Source: a virus
Lineage: Duplodnaviria; Caudoviricetes
IMG/VR virus record: IMGVR_UViG_3300029288_007102
Coordinates: 96,001-160,000 of that record
Strand: one strand, 5' to 3'
Length of the DNA: 64,000 nt
Positions within the stretch are counted from its first letter, which is position 1; every line of letters begins with the position of its first letter. This document shows positions 52,091 to 60,987 of this stretch, in pieces. A program made the translations under genes and the position numbers. The notes beneath the pieces are model-generated. The model was given only the letters and a program-made list of their open reading frames with translations. It was not told the DNA's origin and searched no databases.

Positions 52091-52366
52091 GTCCAAGGCA
52101 CCGTACATCCACTTAAACGTGAGGTGGGTAGGTGATAATACAGCTAAAAAGAGGCGTTGATCCTAAGCCAAACAGTGCTGAGAGGGTTGGTAAGGGGAGT
52201 CTCTCCTTGTGACATTTAAAAGAATTGCTCCCGCCAGGGGATTGCTTCCCGGGACGCTTATCGGAGGAGGCCTGGAGAACGATAAGACCTGACTTGCTCG
52301 GGACAGATGCGAGAAGCATAGCAGACATTAGCAAGTGGCTTGACGAGCCCGGAGAGACGGGCACTT
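52091..52366 (+). ncRNA. Candidate ~275-nt structured RNA
   Basis: GC-rich gene-free gap; ends can pair (GTC-C-AAG/CTTGAC); terminal hairpin GCCCG-GAGAGA-CGGGC. Confidence 0.5.
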
Positions 52367-52388
52367 AGAAATAAGGGGAAGAAGAGAG

Positions 52389-53477
52389 ATGGCCAAAATA
52401 GATTTGGTTGAGATGCATAAGAGAAGAGATCTTCGTTTAGTTACCCGCAAGAAACACCCTACATTAGATTTATATATCTGGAACTATACACCTGAATGTC
52501 AATATAGCCGGGCTTGGGATGAGTACACCAAGATGGCTAGAGGATTGATTACTGATGGTGAAGGGAATATTGTTGCCAGACCTTTCAGTAAATTTTTCAA
52601 TTTAAATGAAGCAGAAGAAACGAAGATAGAAAACTTACCATTAGAGATCCCGGAGATAACGGAGAAGGTTGACGGGAGCCTTGCCATACAATATTATGAT
52701 GGTGGAGATAGGGTTTGTATTGCTACCCGGGGAAGTTTTGAGTCTGAACAGGCAATCTTTGCTACAGACTGGCTTTACCGAAAAGGGTATGTTAAAAATG
52801 CTTTTAAAGAAGAATATACTTATTTATGGGAAATAATATATCCACAGAATCGTATAGTTGTTTCTTATGGTGATTTTTCCGGCTTGATCTTACTTGCTGT
52901 TGTTGAAATTGAAACTGGCAAGGAGATAGATCATGTGCAAGAGGCACAAATATTAGGGGTGAGATCTTCGCAAAGAATAAATAAAACAGTTGATGAGTTA
53001 GTGAGTATTTGCAAAGACACTTCTATAAAAGGTACAGAGATGGAGGGCTTTGTTCTTAAATATAGTAATGGCCTGAGGGTTAAGACAAAGACGGAAGAGT
53101 ATATGAGACTTCATCGGATGATCACCCATTTTTCTTCTAAGGTTATTTGGGAGATCCTGGCTAAAGGGGAGACCATTGCGGTTTATTTGGAGCAGGTACC
53201 GGATGAATTTTTCCAATGGGCAAAGGAGAAGGAGAGAGAACTTAAAGATAATTATGCGGGAGTTTATGCTACTATTATATTAGGTTATAATGATGTAAAG
53301 GATCTTCCTACCCGGAAAGACCAAGCCTTAAGGATAATGAAGGATTATAAGGCGGTCTCTGGTGGAATATTCAGTTTGTTGGATGATAAGCAGAGTAACT
53401 TGAATGATTATATCTGGAAGATGATTAAGCCGGAATATGAGTTGCCGTTTAAGGATGTTAACCGGGAGGCAGAGTGA
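52389..53477 (+). CDS. T4 Rnl1-like RNA ligase
   Basis: ARGLI, RPFSKFFN, TEKVDGS motif I, ATRGSF, EIIYPQNRIVV, EGFV, K.K..Y. Confidence 0.88.
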   Translation: MAKIDLVEMHKRRDLRLVTRKKHPTLDLYIWNYTPECQYSRAWDEYTKMARGLITDGEGNIVARPFSKFFNLNEAEETKIENLPLEIPEITEKVDGSLAIQYYDGGDRVCIATRGSFESEQAIFATDWLYRKGYVKNAFKEEYTYLWEIIYPQNRIVVSYGDFSGLILLAVVEIETGKEIDHVQEAQILGVRSSQRINKTVDELVSICKDTSIKGTEMEGFVLKYSNGLRVKTKTEEYMRLHRMITHFSSKVIWEILAKGETIAVYLEQVPDEFFQWAKEKERELKDNYAGVYATIILGYNDVKDLPTRKDQALRIMKDYKAVSGGIFSLLDDKQSNLNDYIWKMIKPEYELPFKDVNREAE

Positions 53478-53880
53478 AGCGGAAGAAGAATTACTTTAAG
53501 CCTCTAAAAGGTTTGTCGGATGGGGTAACTGTATTCTTGGCCAGGCTAGATGAAGAAATGAAATCCCCGTCGTCAGAGAATAGGGGAAGGGTGATAGCAA
53601 AACTTTGCAATGATCTTGACATGCTTAACGATACGATAAGGTATGGCTATCTTGGTGTGGATTACAGGAAAGATAAAAAATGATAGAGAGATATTTAAAC
53701 TTATAGTCAGGGGGGGGTGGTTCCTTTGGGAGAAAAATCGAGAGAAGTGAGAAGAAATAACGACGGTTCCCGTACAGAGAAAGTAAAGTATGATGATGGT
53801 AGTGGGCATGATAAGACTACCAGGAATGGCGATTTTGTGTCATACAAAAAATATAAAGGGAAATAAATGTTGGTTATTTT

Positions 53881-54014
53881 TGATAGGTGTGGTGGTCTGG
53901 CGAAACCATCGTTAACACTAGTGCGAGTTGAGAGCCTCGCCCGTAAACATTAAAATGTGTGTCTGCTACTAGCGGCTGAAGGACACAAAGTAGGTTCGAA
54001 TCCTATGCCTATCA
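53881..54014 (+). ncRNA. tRNA-like RNA with pseudoknotted insertion (copy 2)
   Basis: Acceptor GATAGGT/GCCTATC, D-like GGTGGT-CTGGCGAA-ACCATC, canonical T arm GTAGG-TTCGAAT-CCTAT. Confidence 0.7.
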
Positions 54015-54026
54015 AAAATATTATAA

Positions 54027-54097
54027 CTGGGTGAGGTGTTGCGGTAGCATTTGCGGCCTGGGACCGTAAGGGGAAAGTTCGACTCTTTCCATCCAGA
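54027..54097 (+). tRNA. tRNA-Pro(TGG), non-canonical
   Basis: CTGGGTG/CATCCAG-A acceptor, TGCGG-CCTGGGA-CCGTA anticodon arm, GAAAG-TTCGACT-CTTTC T arm; C1:G72 and A73; no CCA. Confidence 0.8.
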
Positions 54098-54345
54098 AAG
54101 TTTAGATTGGCTGGCTATAAGACGGAGAATCTCACGCAGTAAGATATCTACTTGTAAATAGCTTTCCAAGAGAGGGTATCCAGCTAGTCTATTAAAGGAT
54201 GTTTCTATGAACTGTGAAGGTTGTGGAGTATTGTTTGGCGATCTTGGTGAGGGGTATTCTTGTGACACTTTCTATGAGGACGGTAAGGTTGTGGAGAGTA
54301 TAACTTGTGATATTTGTGGGTTCACAAAAACACATGAAGTCTTAT

Positions 54346-54421
54346 CCCCGGCCTGTAGTGTAAATACCTAGGCTAGCACGGCCACAGGCAAGAGCAGGCT
54401 GTAATGTCTGCCAGGCTGGGG
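54346..54421 (+). ncRNA. Anticodon-less tRNA-like RNA
   Basis: CCCCGGCCTG/CAGGCTGGGG stem, TA-GTGT...GCAC D arm, vestigial GCC-ACA-GGC, GCAGGC-TGTAAT-GTCTGC. Confidence 0.55.
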
Positions 54422-54441
54422 TTAAAATAAGGAGATAGATA

Positions 54442-55461
54442 GTGATTGAAAGAGAAATGGCGGAAGCCAATAAAATATTAGTAATCAGAACCGGGTCGCA
54501 TATGTATGGGACTAATCTCCCGAATTCTGATGAGGATAAGATGGGGGTGTTTATAGCTGACGAAGATTACTATCTTGGGTTGAAGACGGTAGAAGAAGTG
54601 GATTTTTCTGTACAGGAGAAGGATGAAAGAGGAAAGAATACAAAGGATGCTCTGGATTATAAGCTTTACGAGTTTAAGAAGTATATAAAGCTTGCTTGTG
54701 ATTGTAATCCGAACATCATAGAAATGTTGTATGTCAATGAACCAAACATTCTTTTTATCAATGATTTTGGGAAGACGTTATTGGAGCATCGGGAATTGTT
54801 TCCTAACCAGAGAGCTTACTATAAGTTTATTGGGTATGCCCACTCTCAGAAGCATAAGATGATTATAAAGGGGGATCATTACAGCCAAATTATGGCAGCC
54901 CATGCCTATTTGAAGGAGCTGCCAAACCGGGCCATAATGAAAGACTTTGAGAAGAAAGAGCTTCCGTTTTTGGTCTACAACAAGAATGCTTTTATTGAAG
55001 TGGGGGATATGAGGATCCCTACAAATACCACTGCCAAGAAGGCGACGGCTTTGCTGAAGGGGAGAATTGACCGCTTTGGTAATAGGACTGAGCTGATTAG
55101 TAAGTACGGTTATGATCTCAAGTTTGGTTCGCATTTGGTTAGGTTATTGGTTGAGGGGATAGAGTTGTTGAAGACTGGGGAGTTGCAGTATCCTATAAAA
55201 GAAAGGCAGCTGATCCTGGATGTCCGGCAAGGCAGATATACTCTCAAACAGGTATTTGATATGTATGATGAGTTGAGTAAGGAGATAGACTCAGTGTTTG
55301 CCAATACTAAGCTGCCGCATCACCCGGATATAAATAAGATAAATGATTTTTTGAAAAATATTGTTAAAAAGAAATGTGGTTTCCCAGTTAAAAGTTTCAG
55401 TAAAAATTGTGTAAGATGGATAGAAGGGGTATTAAATTTGCTAAAAGGGGGAAGATTGTAA
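54442..55461 (+). CDS. Pol-beta-superfamily nucleotidyltransferase (Nuc-transf type)
   Basis: GSHMYGTN.PNSDEDKMGVF, NPNIIE, YD.K..SHLVRL. Confidence 0.8.
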   Translation: MIEREMAEANKILVIRTGSHMYGTNLPNSDEDKMGVFIADEDYYLGLKTVEEVDFSVQEKDERGKNTKDALDYKLYEFKKYIKLACDCNPNIIEMLYVNEPNILFINDFGKTLLEHRELFPNQRAYYKFIGYAHSQKHKMIIKGDHYSQIMAAHAYLKELPNRAIMKDFEKKELPFLVYNKNAFIEVGDMRIPTNTTAKKATALLKGRIDRFGNRTELISKYGYDLKFGSHLVRLLVEGIELLKTGELQYPIKERQLILDVRQGRYTLKQVFDMYDELSKEIDSVFANTKLPHHPDINKINDFLKNIVKKKCGFPVKSFSKNCVRWIEGVLNLLKGGRL

Positions 55462-57118
55462 TGCCATCATCAGAGCAGGTATCAGAAGGAAGAAAAGAGA
55501 AAATTGTTTTTGTCCGGGGGTTGCTTAAAGAAACTCCGAAGCTGAGGGCGACAGATATTTATGTCGCAGTTAAGACGAAATTTGGTAGTGGTATTGATGG
55601 AATAATGGTAAGAAAATTAAAACAGGAAGTGGATCCTAGTTATGTGGGGAAGAGGAGAAGGACGACAGGGAGAGTCTTCCCTGACGCTTTGGATGGGACA
55701 GGAAGATTGCCTGGAGAGATCGACCTTAAGAGGAGAGTTGATGTAAACACTATGTATTTTTCTTTTAGGAAGGTTGGGGCAACAGACAGCCAAGCTCGGG
55801 CTGCTGTATTAGATGCTACTGGAATAAGGCCGCTGGTCTTTGAATTTAAGAAGGAGCAGCTAGAGCAAGCCCAAGAGGATTTATCTAAATACAGACTTGC
55901 CTGTTTTAATCTTAACAAGAAGGGTGAGATCGTTCGGGTGAATCCGGTGAGGGTAACGGTCCAAGAGAAAAGGGGGCGGAAGAAGGAGAGTGAAAGGGCA
56001 CCCCAGCAGAATTAATTAAAAGTATCTTAGTAAAAGGAGAAGTGATGAGTGAAAGAGATTTTCGTTCTTTAGGGGAAGGCGATTTGCTTAAATGCATAAG
56101 GTTTATCCCAACGGGGAAAGATAAGGGGTATATCTTTTTAGATATAGAAGATAATATTGTTAAAATTTCTGAAACTGTTATTACGGCTTCTGTGCGAGTA
56201 GGGGATACCTTTGCGGTGTTGTCGATCAAAGAAGATGGTATGCCTTTATTTAAAAAGCTTTTTTCTGGGCAGACAGATAGGATAAAAAAGGTTTACCCAA
56301 AAAAAGAGTTGGCTATTACTTTGTATGCCTTTGCGGAGAATGAGGTTAACACGGCGGCCTATAAGCGTATGGATACAATAGACGAGGCGGTAGAGTTCTT
56401 TAAACAACTTTTGAATAAGCCGGAAATAACCATTATTAATGTTAGGAAGTTAAAACTAAAGGTTGGCGAAGAGAAGGGGATCTGATGCCAGAAGATGATG
56501 TTTTAGAGCGAGTAGCAAAGGTGTTGGCTAGGAAGAAATTACTTGAGGAGTATTCTAAGGCAATATTGTGTGTTAGAGAGACTTTTACCGAATTAGGTAA
56601 AATTTCAATGTCTGGTCAAGATTATATTAAAAGCTTTTCTAGCCTATTGGTGGTGTTAGGGCAGACGGCTGATCGGATGATTTATTTTTTAGGCAAACCT
56701 TTAGAGGAAGTACCGCTTATACAGTTTGATGGAGAATTGAAACGAATGGTGGATTTGAATGGGATTTTGGATGCGGCAAAGAAAAAGTTGAAATAATGAG
56801 GGGGGGGTATATGGAGGGGGAGAATGTAGACCAAAGGGGTTCTGTTCAAAAATATTTAGGGATAGATGATATACGGGCCAAGATAATACAAGATTTTATT
56901 ATAAAAGTATTTGGCGAGAATCTCTCTTTGGTTGAGATTTTTAAGAAGATAGAAGACAATAGTGAATTTGTAGACAAAGAGAAAAATTATGCATATTTCG
57001 CTAGCGGATCTTTTGTGACTTATAAGAGTTTAGTGCAAATGTTTAATGAGATGGCGTCAATGATGAAGATTGTTAACGAAGATTCTAATAGGCCATTAAA
57101 TTAAAGTAGGTGGTTTAG

Positions 57119-57457
57119 GTGGCAAAGAGAAGTAGAGAATTTATTCTTCCTGATATAGTTTGGGATAAATTGGATGAGACTAAGTCTGTTTTCTATTTTG
57201 AACCAGATGAATTGTATGAAAAGAAAAAACTTGCATCTCGCAGAATAAAAGAGTTGTTGGAGACTGATTTTTTTACAGGTCGGCAGAAAGATATTGTTCA
57301 TTTAATGGTATATGAAGGGAAGAGCCAGCGGGATATTGGGGGGATTTTGGGGGTGCCAAGAACTACAATAGAAAGGCAGATTTCGGCAATTATCCGTAAG
57401 CTTAAAAAATATTTTGACAAAATAAATCTTTTTGATCAGGAGATATTAGAGAAATAA
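57119..57457 (+). CDS. Sigma70 region-4-like HTH protein
   Basis: FTGRQKDIV.L..YEGKSQRDIG.ILGV.RTTI. Confidence 0.7.
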   Translation: MAKRSREFILPDIVWDKLDETKSVFYFEPDELYEKKKLASRRIKELLETDFFTGRQKDIVHLMVYEGKSQRDIGGILGVPRTTIERQISAIIRKLKKYFDKINLFDQEILEK

Positions 57458-57469
57458 TTCGGAGGGGAT

Positions 57470-57712
57470 ATGGGGATAAGGGCTTGTGTTGAGTGTGATT
57501 ATGTTAGCGATAACGATTTGTTGCCTAGTGATGGGAGATGTAACGAGTGTCATGGGACGGGTTGTGAGCAGGATGTTGTTGATGCTTTAGCGGAATCGTT
57601 CAGTGGTCAAAGCCAGGACTGTAAGAGATGTGGCGGCACTGGAGAATGCCCGGCATGTGAAGGAAGGGGTTTTATCGATACAGGAATTCTTGATGCAGAA
57701 GAGGGAGAGTAA
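57470..57712 (+). CDS. DnaJ-type zinc-finger small protein
   Basis: Repeated CxxCxGxG. Confidence 0.6.
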   Translation: MGIRACVECDYVSDNDLLPSDGRCNECHGTGCEQDVVDALAESFSGQSQDCKRCGGTGECPACEGRGFIDTGILDAEEGE

Positions 57713-57964
57713 AGAATTAAAAATAAGGAGGGAGATGAATAGGTGTGGAAAAAGATTGTTAGGGTGGTTTGCGGTTGGTTAGGGCATAGTGATTGGAAAT
57801 TTATTGAATTTGTTTATAGTGATAAGAAGATTAGAGGGTGGTTTGTTATTGTAGGAGAGAAACAGCGTTGTAGTGGATGTGGAACAGAGAGAATTAAGAA
57901 AACATAATTGGGGCAGGTCAGGTAAAGGGAGATAGGGTTTAATAATTTGTCTTCATATTTTTAC

Positions 57965-58360
57965 GGTACGGTCTGGTAAGGATAGGTGTGGAGAGGTCTG
58001 GTGGGGTAAGGTAGGGTTTTAATTTGACATTATTTCTTTTTACGGTAAGGAGTGGTGTGGCCGGGTACGGTGGGGCAAGGTAAGGTAGGGTGAGGTTTCA
58101 ATTTGAATTTATATTTTTAGGGTACGGTCCGGAGCGGTTGGGCAAGGCCGGGTGCGGTAAGGTCTGGTGTGGCAGGGTTCGGAACGGTACGGCATGGTGA
58201 GGTACGGTATGGTTGGGTTTGGTCAGGTGCGGTAGGGTTTTAATTCTTATGGTTTTATAAACTGGTGTGGTGAGGTGTGGTTAGGTTGGGTCGGATTATG
58301 TATGGTAGGGTCAGGTACGGCAAGGTGCGGTAAGGACAGGTTTGGTAGGGTAGGGGTTTT
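57965..58360 (+). repeat. Four arrays of phased GGY-NN pentamers (candidate guide RNAs)
   Basis: 57965-58019 (11 units), 58044-58098 (11), 58121-58240 (24), 58264-58353 (18); AT-rich linkers; shared GGTTT-AAT-like ends. Confidence 0.92.
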
Positions 58361-58387
58361 AAAATAAAATTGTGAGGAGGCAAGAAA

Positions 58388-58915
58388 GTGGAAAAGGTAA
58401 AAGTTATGATTAAGGGGACAGCACCATTATTGCAACACAGGTATCCGATGGAAGAGCACCCCGAGGAAAAAAGCAAGAAGGTTAAAAAGATTTATCCGGC
58501 TCAAGATGAATGTGAGAAAAGTCTTTATATGGATGATAAACTGAAGATCTATCAACCAGCGGAACACATCTATAGTTGTATTATAATGGCCGGGAAAAAC
58601 TTTTTATACGATAAACGGAAAATGTATGCCTCGGTATTAAAAGGGATGATCCTGGTAACCCCTTCGGCCATTTACCATAAGGATCAGAACTGGGTTATAG
58701 ATCGTAGGCCAGTGGTAATAAATAGGGCTAGGATCGTAAGAGCAAGGCCTAGGTTTGACAACTGGGAATTGGAGTTTGAAATTGAATATGATGAGGAAGT
58801 AATCAGTGAGTTCAAATTGAAAGAGATCGTAGACTTTGCCGGGAACAGAGTCGGCCTGGGGGACTTCCGCCCACTGTTTGGTCGGTTTATTGTTACTGAA
58901 TTCAAGAAGGCGTAG
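58388..58915 (+). CDS. Stand-alone RAMP/Cas7-like RNA-binding protein
   Basis: N-terminal V.V.I.G.APLLQH strand, IYQP..HI, R.RPRF..W.LEFEI, C-terminal Gly-rich loop AG.RVGLGDFRP.FGRF; GAGGAGG SD. Confidence 0.7.
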   Translation: MEKVKVMIKGTAPLLQHRYPMEEHPEEKSKKVKKIYPAQDECEKSLYMDDKLKIYQPAEHIYSCIIMAGKNFLYDKRKMYASVLKGMILVTPSAIYHKDQNWVIDRRPVVINRARIVRARPRFDNWELEFEIEYDEEVISEFKLKEIVDFAGNRVGLGDFRPLFGRFIVTEFKKA

Positions 58916-58920
58916 CATTA

Positions 58921-59442
58921 ATGGACAAGTTCCGTGCGGATTTAATTAAATTTATAGATCACTCTAATATGATAGAGGGGGTAGAGGACAAAGATGAGAT
59001 CCCCAACTCTATTGCCGCTTGGGTACACCTAAGTGGTAAATCCCAGTTGAGTAAGGCTGCGATATTATATGCCCATTATTGCATTCTCCAGGACCTTAAC
59101 CCTAGGATTGCCGGGAAGATTCGTACTTGTGATGTTGTTGTTGGTGGAAGAGTATGCCCTAAATATCATAAAGTTAAAGGGATGTTGTACCGCTGGATTA
59201 GGAAGTATGAGGATGGAGTGAAGACTGAGGAAGAGGCTGTCAAGGCTCATGTAGCATTTGAGAAGATTCATCCCTTCCAAGATGGTAATGGGCGGGTAGG
59301 TAGATTGTTGTGGTTGTGGATGAGAGAAAAGGCAGGATTGCCGTTTAAATATATTGATGTTGCACAGAGGTATGAATATTATGATTGGTTCAAAGAGAGG
59401 GGGACTGTAAGTGAGGAAGATGTATATAGATGGTCCAGCTGA
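58921..59442 (+). CDS. Fic-domain protein
   Basis: SNMIEG and canonical HPFQDGNGRVGR. Confidence 0.92.
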   Translation: MDKFRADLIKFIDHSNMIEGVEDKDEIPNSIAAWVHLSGKSQLSKAAILYAHYCILQDLNPRIAGKIRTCDVVVGGRVCPKYHKVKGMLYRWIRKYEDGVKTEEEAVKAHVAFEKIHPFQDGNGRVGRLLWLWMREKAGLPFKYIDVAQRYEYYDWFKERGTVSEEDVYRWSS

Positions 59443-60987
59443 TCAAGGTGAAGGGGTATATTCTTTAGTTTTGGATGATGGGGAATTGTTGGCCACCCAT
59501 TTTTGTAGCAGCTCGGGGTTTGCCAAAGGGGATTTAGAGGCAGAGAGGCCTGAGAGGCAAGATGAATGGAAGAAGAGATTTGGGGAATACGAGGTTCTTT
59601 TTATTGGCGAAGACGATATGACTAGAGATAAACTGATAGAATTGAATAAAAATATTGTGGCGAACCTTGCTTCTAAAGGGGTTAAGGATGAAGACGGCAG
59701 CCGAGATTCGGGAAAAATATAATAAACTTATAGAGAGAGATCTTGCCAGGTTGCAGAAGAGGTGTAAACATCCTACTAAAATTTGGTGTGATCAACAGTG
59801 GGCTCCAGCACATAGTACTGGCAGGGATGTTTTGGTTTGTGATTGTTGTGGTAAGATTTTGGAAGAACGCCAGGGGGGGTCTAGATAATGCCTGATATTA
59901 CTGTAGTAGGGGTAAAGAGAACAAATGGTAAAGAGGAAGAGGTTCAAATTGCTATATATTTGCGGCCAGGAACAACGAATATGACATTTGTTGTTGAGGG
60001 GTCTGAATACATCTTCCCCACTTGTGCGATTGTCGGTTTGATGGCGGGATATAAGAATGGGTAAATAAGGAGGGCTAGTGGCGATCATTAAGATTAAGGC
60101 TCCTATATGGAAAACCCCCCGCAGTGTGGGTGTTGCAGAGTTTAGGATGACGGAGCCAATAGTTAGGATTCAGATAGAATATAAAGAGAAGAGTGGGGAG
60201 AAGCTTTACCCTGGAATATATTCGATTAGCCGGGAAACGGCTATGACTTATCCAGTGCAGGTGCTGCCTCAAGGAATACGATTAAGGATTATCCCTATAG
60301 AGGATTTAGTGATGGTGAGGATAGATTAATGATAACTTGTTTAGGGAAGAAGTATGTTGAACGGCATCCAAAGAAAAAGTCTTGGAGTTATCATTTTACT
60401 TATATAGAGAGTGTTAATAAACCTAATGGGTCTTCTTTAACTAAAGAGTGTCATTATCATAGTAAGTCTTTCCTTGACTATCGGGAATGTTTGCGGGTGG
60501 CAACGATACATTATGTTGATATAAAGCAGATTATGGCACGCCAAAGGAAGGAAAAGTAGATGATAGATTTGATCTATTGTGGATATGAACACTATGATGA
60601 ATGTAAAAAGGAATTGCAGGTTGGTTTCCCTGATTGTGCAATTGAAGATACTTCTGATGATATTCATGAAGGAAGATTTCAGATAGAAGTTCCTGATGAG
60701 AGAAGGAAAGAGTTACTGATGTTTTTGTTGGAGAATGGATATTATAATATTTCGCTGAAGCTTCAATTGATGTCTTATGAGGAGAAGGGGGTTAAAGAAT
60801 TGGAAGGGTTGATGGAAGAGTTGGCGACGAAGAAGAAGGGGATAAATGAAGTGTAAATTTGAGGAGAAAAGGAATGATGTTGAGGATTGGTGTTCTATTC
60901 ATCATCAGTTCTTGGCGGGCACTACTTGTGTTGGTTGTCCGGATTATATAGAAGAAGAAGTTGTAAAAAAAATAGTGGGGAGGAAAA

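Noticed and set aside
52150-52175. Group I intron (GATCCTAAGCCAAA resembles a core element)
   Set aside because: No convincing P7 elements found, and the flanking genes are not interrupted.
52113-52364. Minus-strand 83-aa ORF (and other minus-strand ORFs in the track)
   Set aside because: No recognisable motifs or SD; the window is uniformly + strand coded, and these lie antisense to real genes or structured RNAs.
53881-54014. tmRNA or tRNA-Sec
   Set aside because: Too short with no tag ORF for tmRNA; no UCA anticodon arm for tRNA-Sec despite the 6-bp D stem.
57965-58360. Canonical CRISPR array or simple microsatellite
   Set aside because: No 25-45-nt direct repeats with spacers, and units are not identical: only positions 1-3 are constrained.
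58255-58476. Minus-strand 73-aa ORF with PY/TL-rich repeats
   Set aside because: Shadow translation of the GGYNN array; period 5 is not codon-compatible, and it overlaps the real + strand gene.
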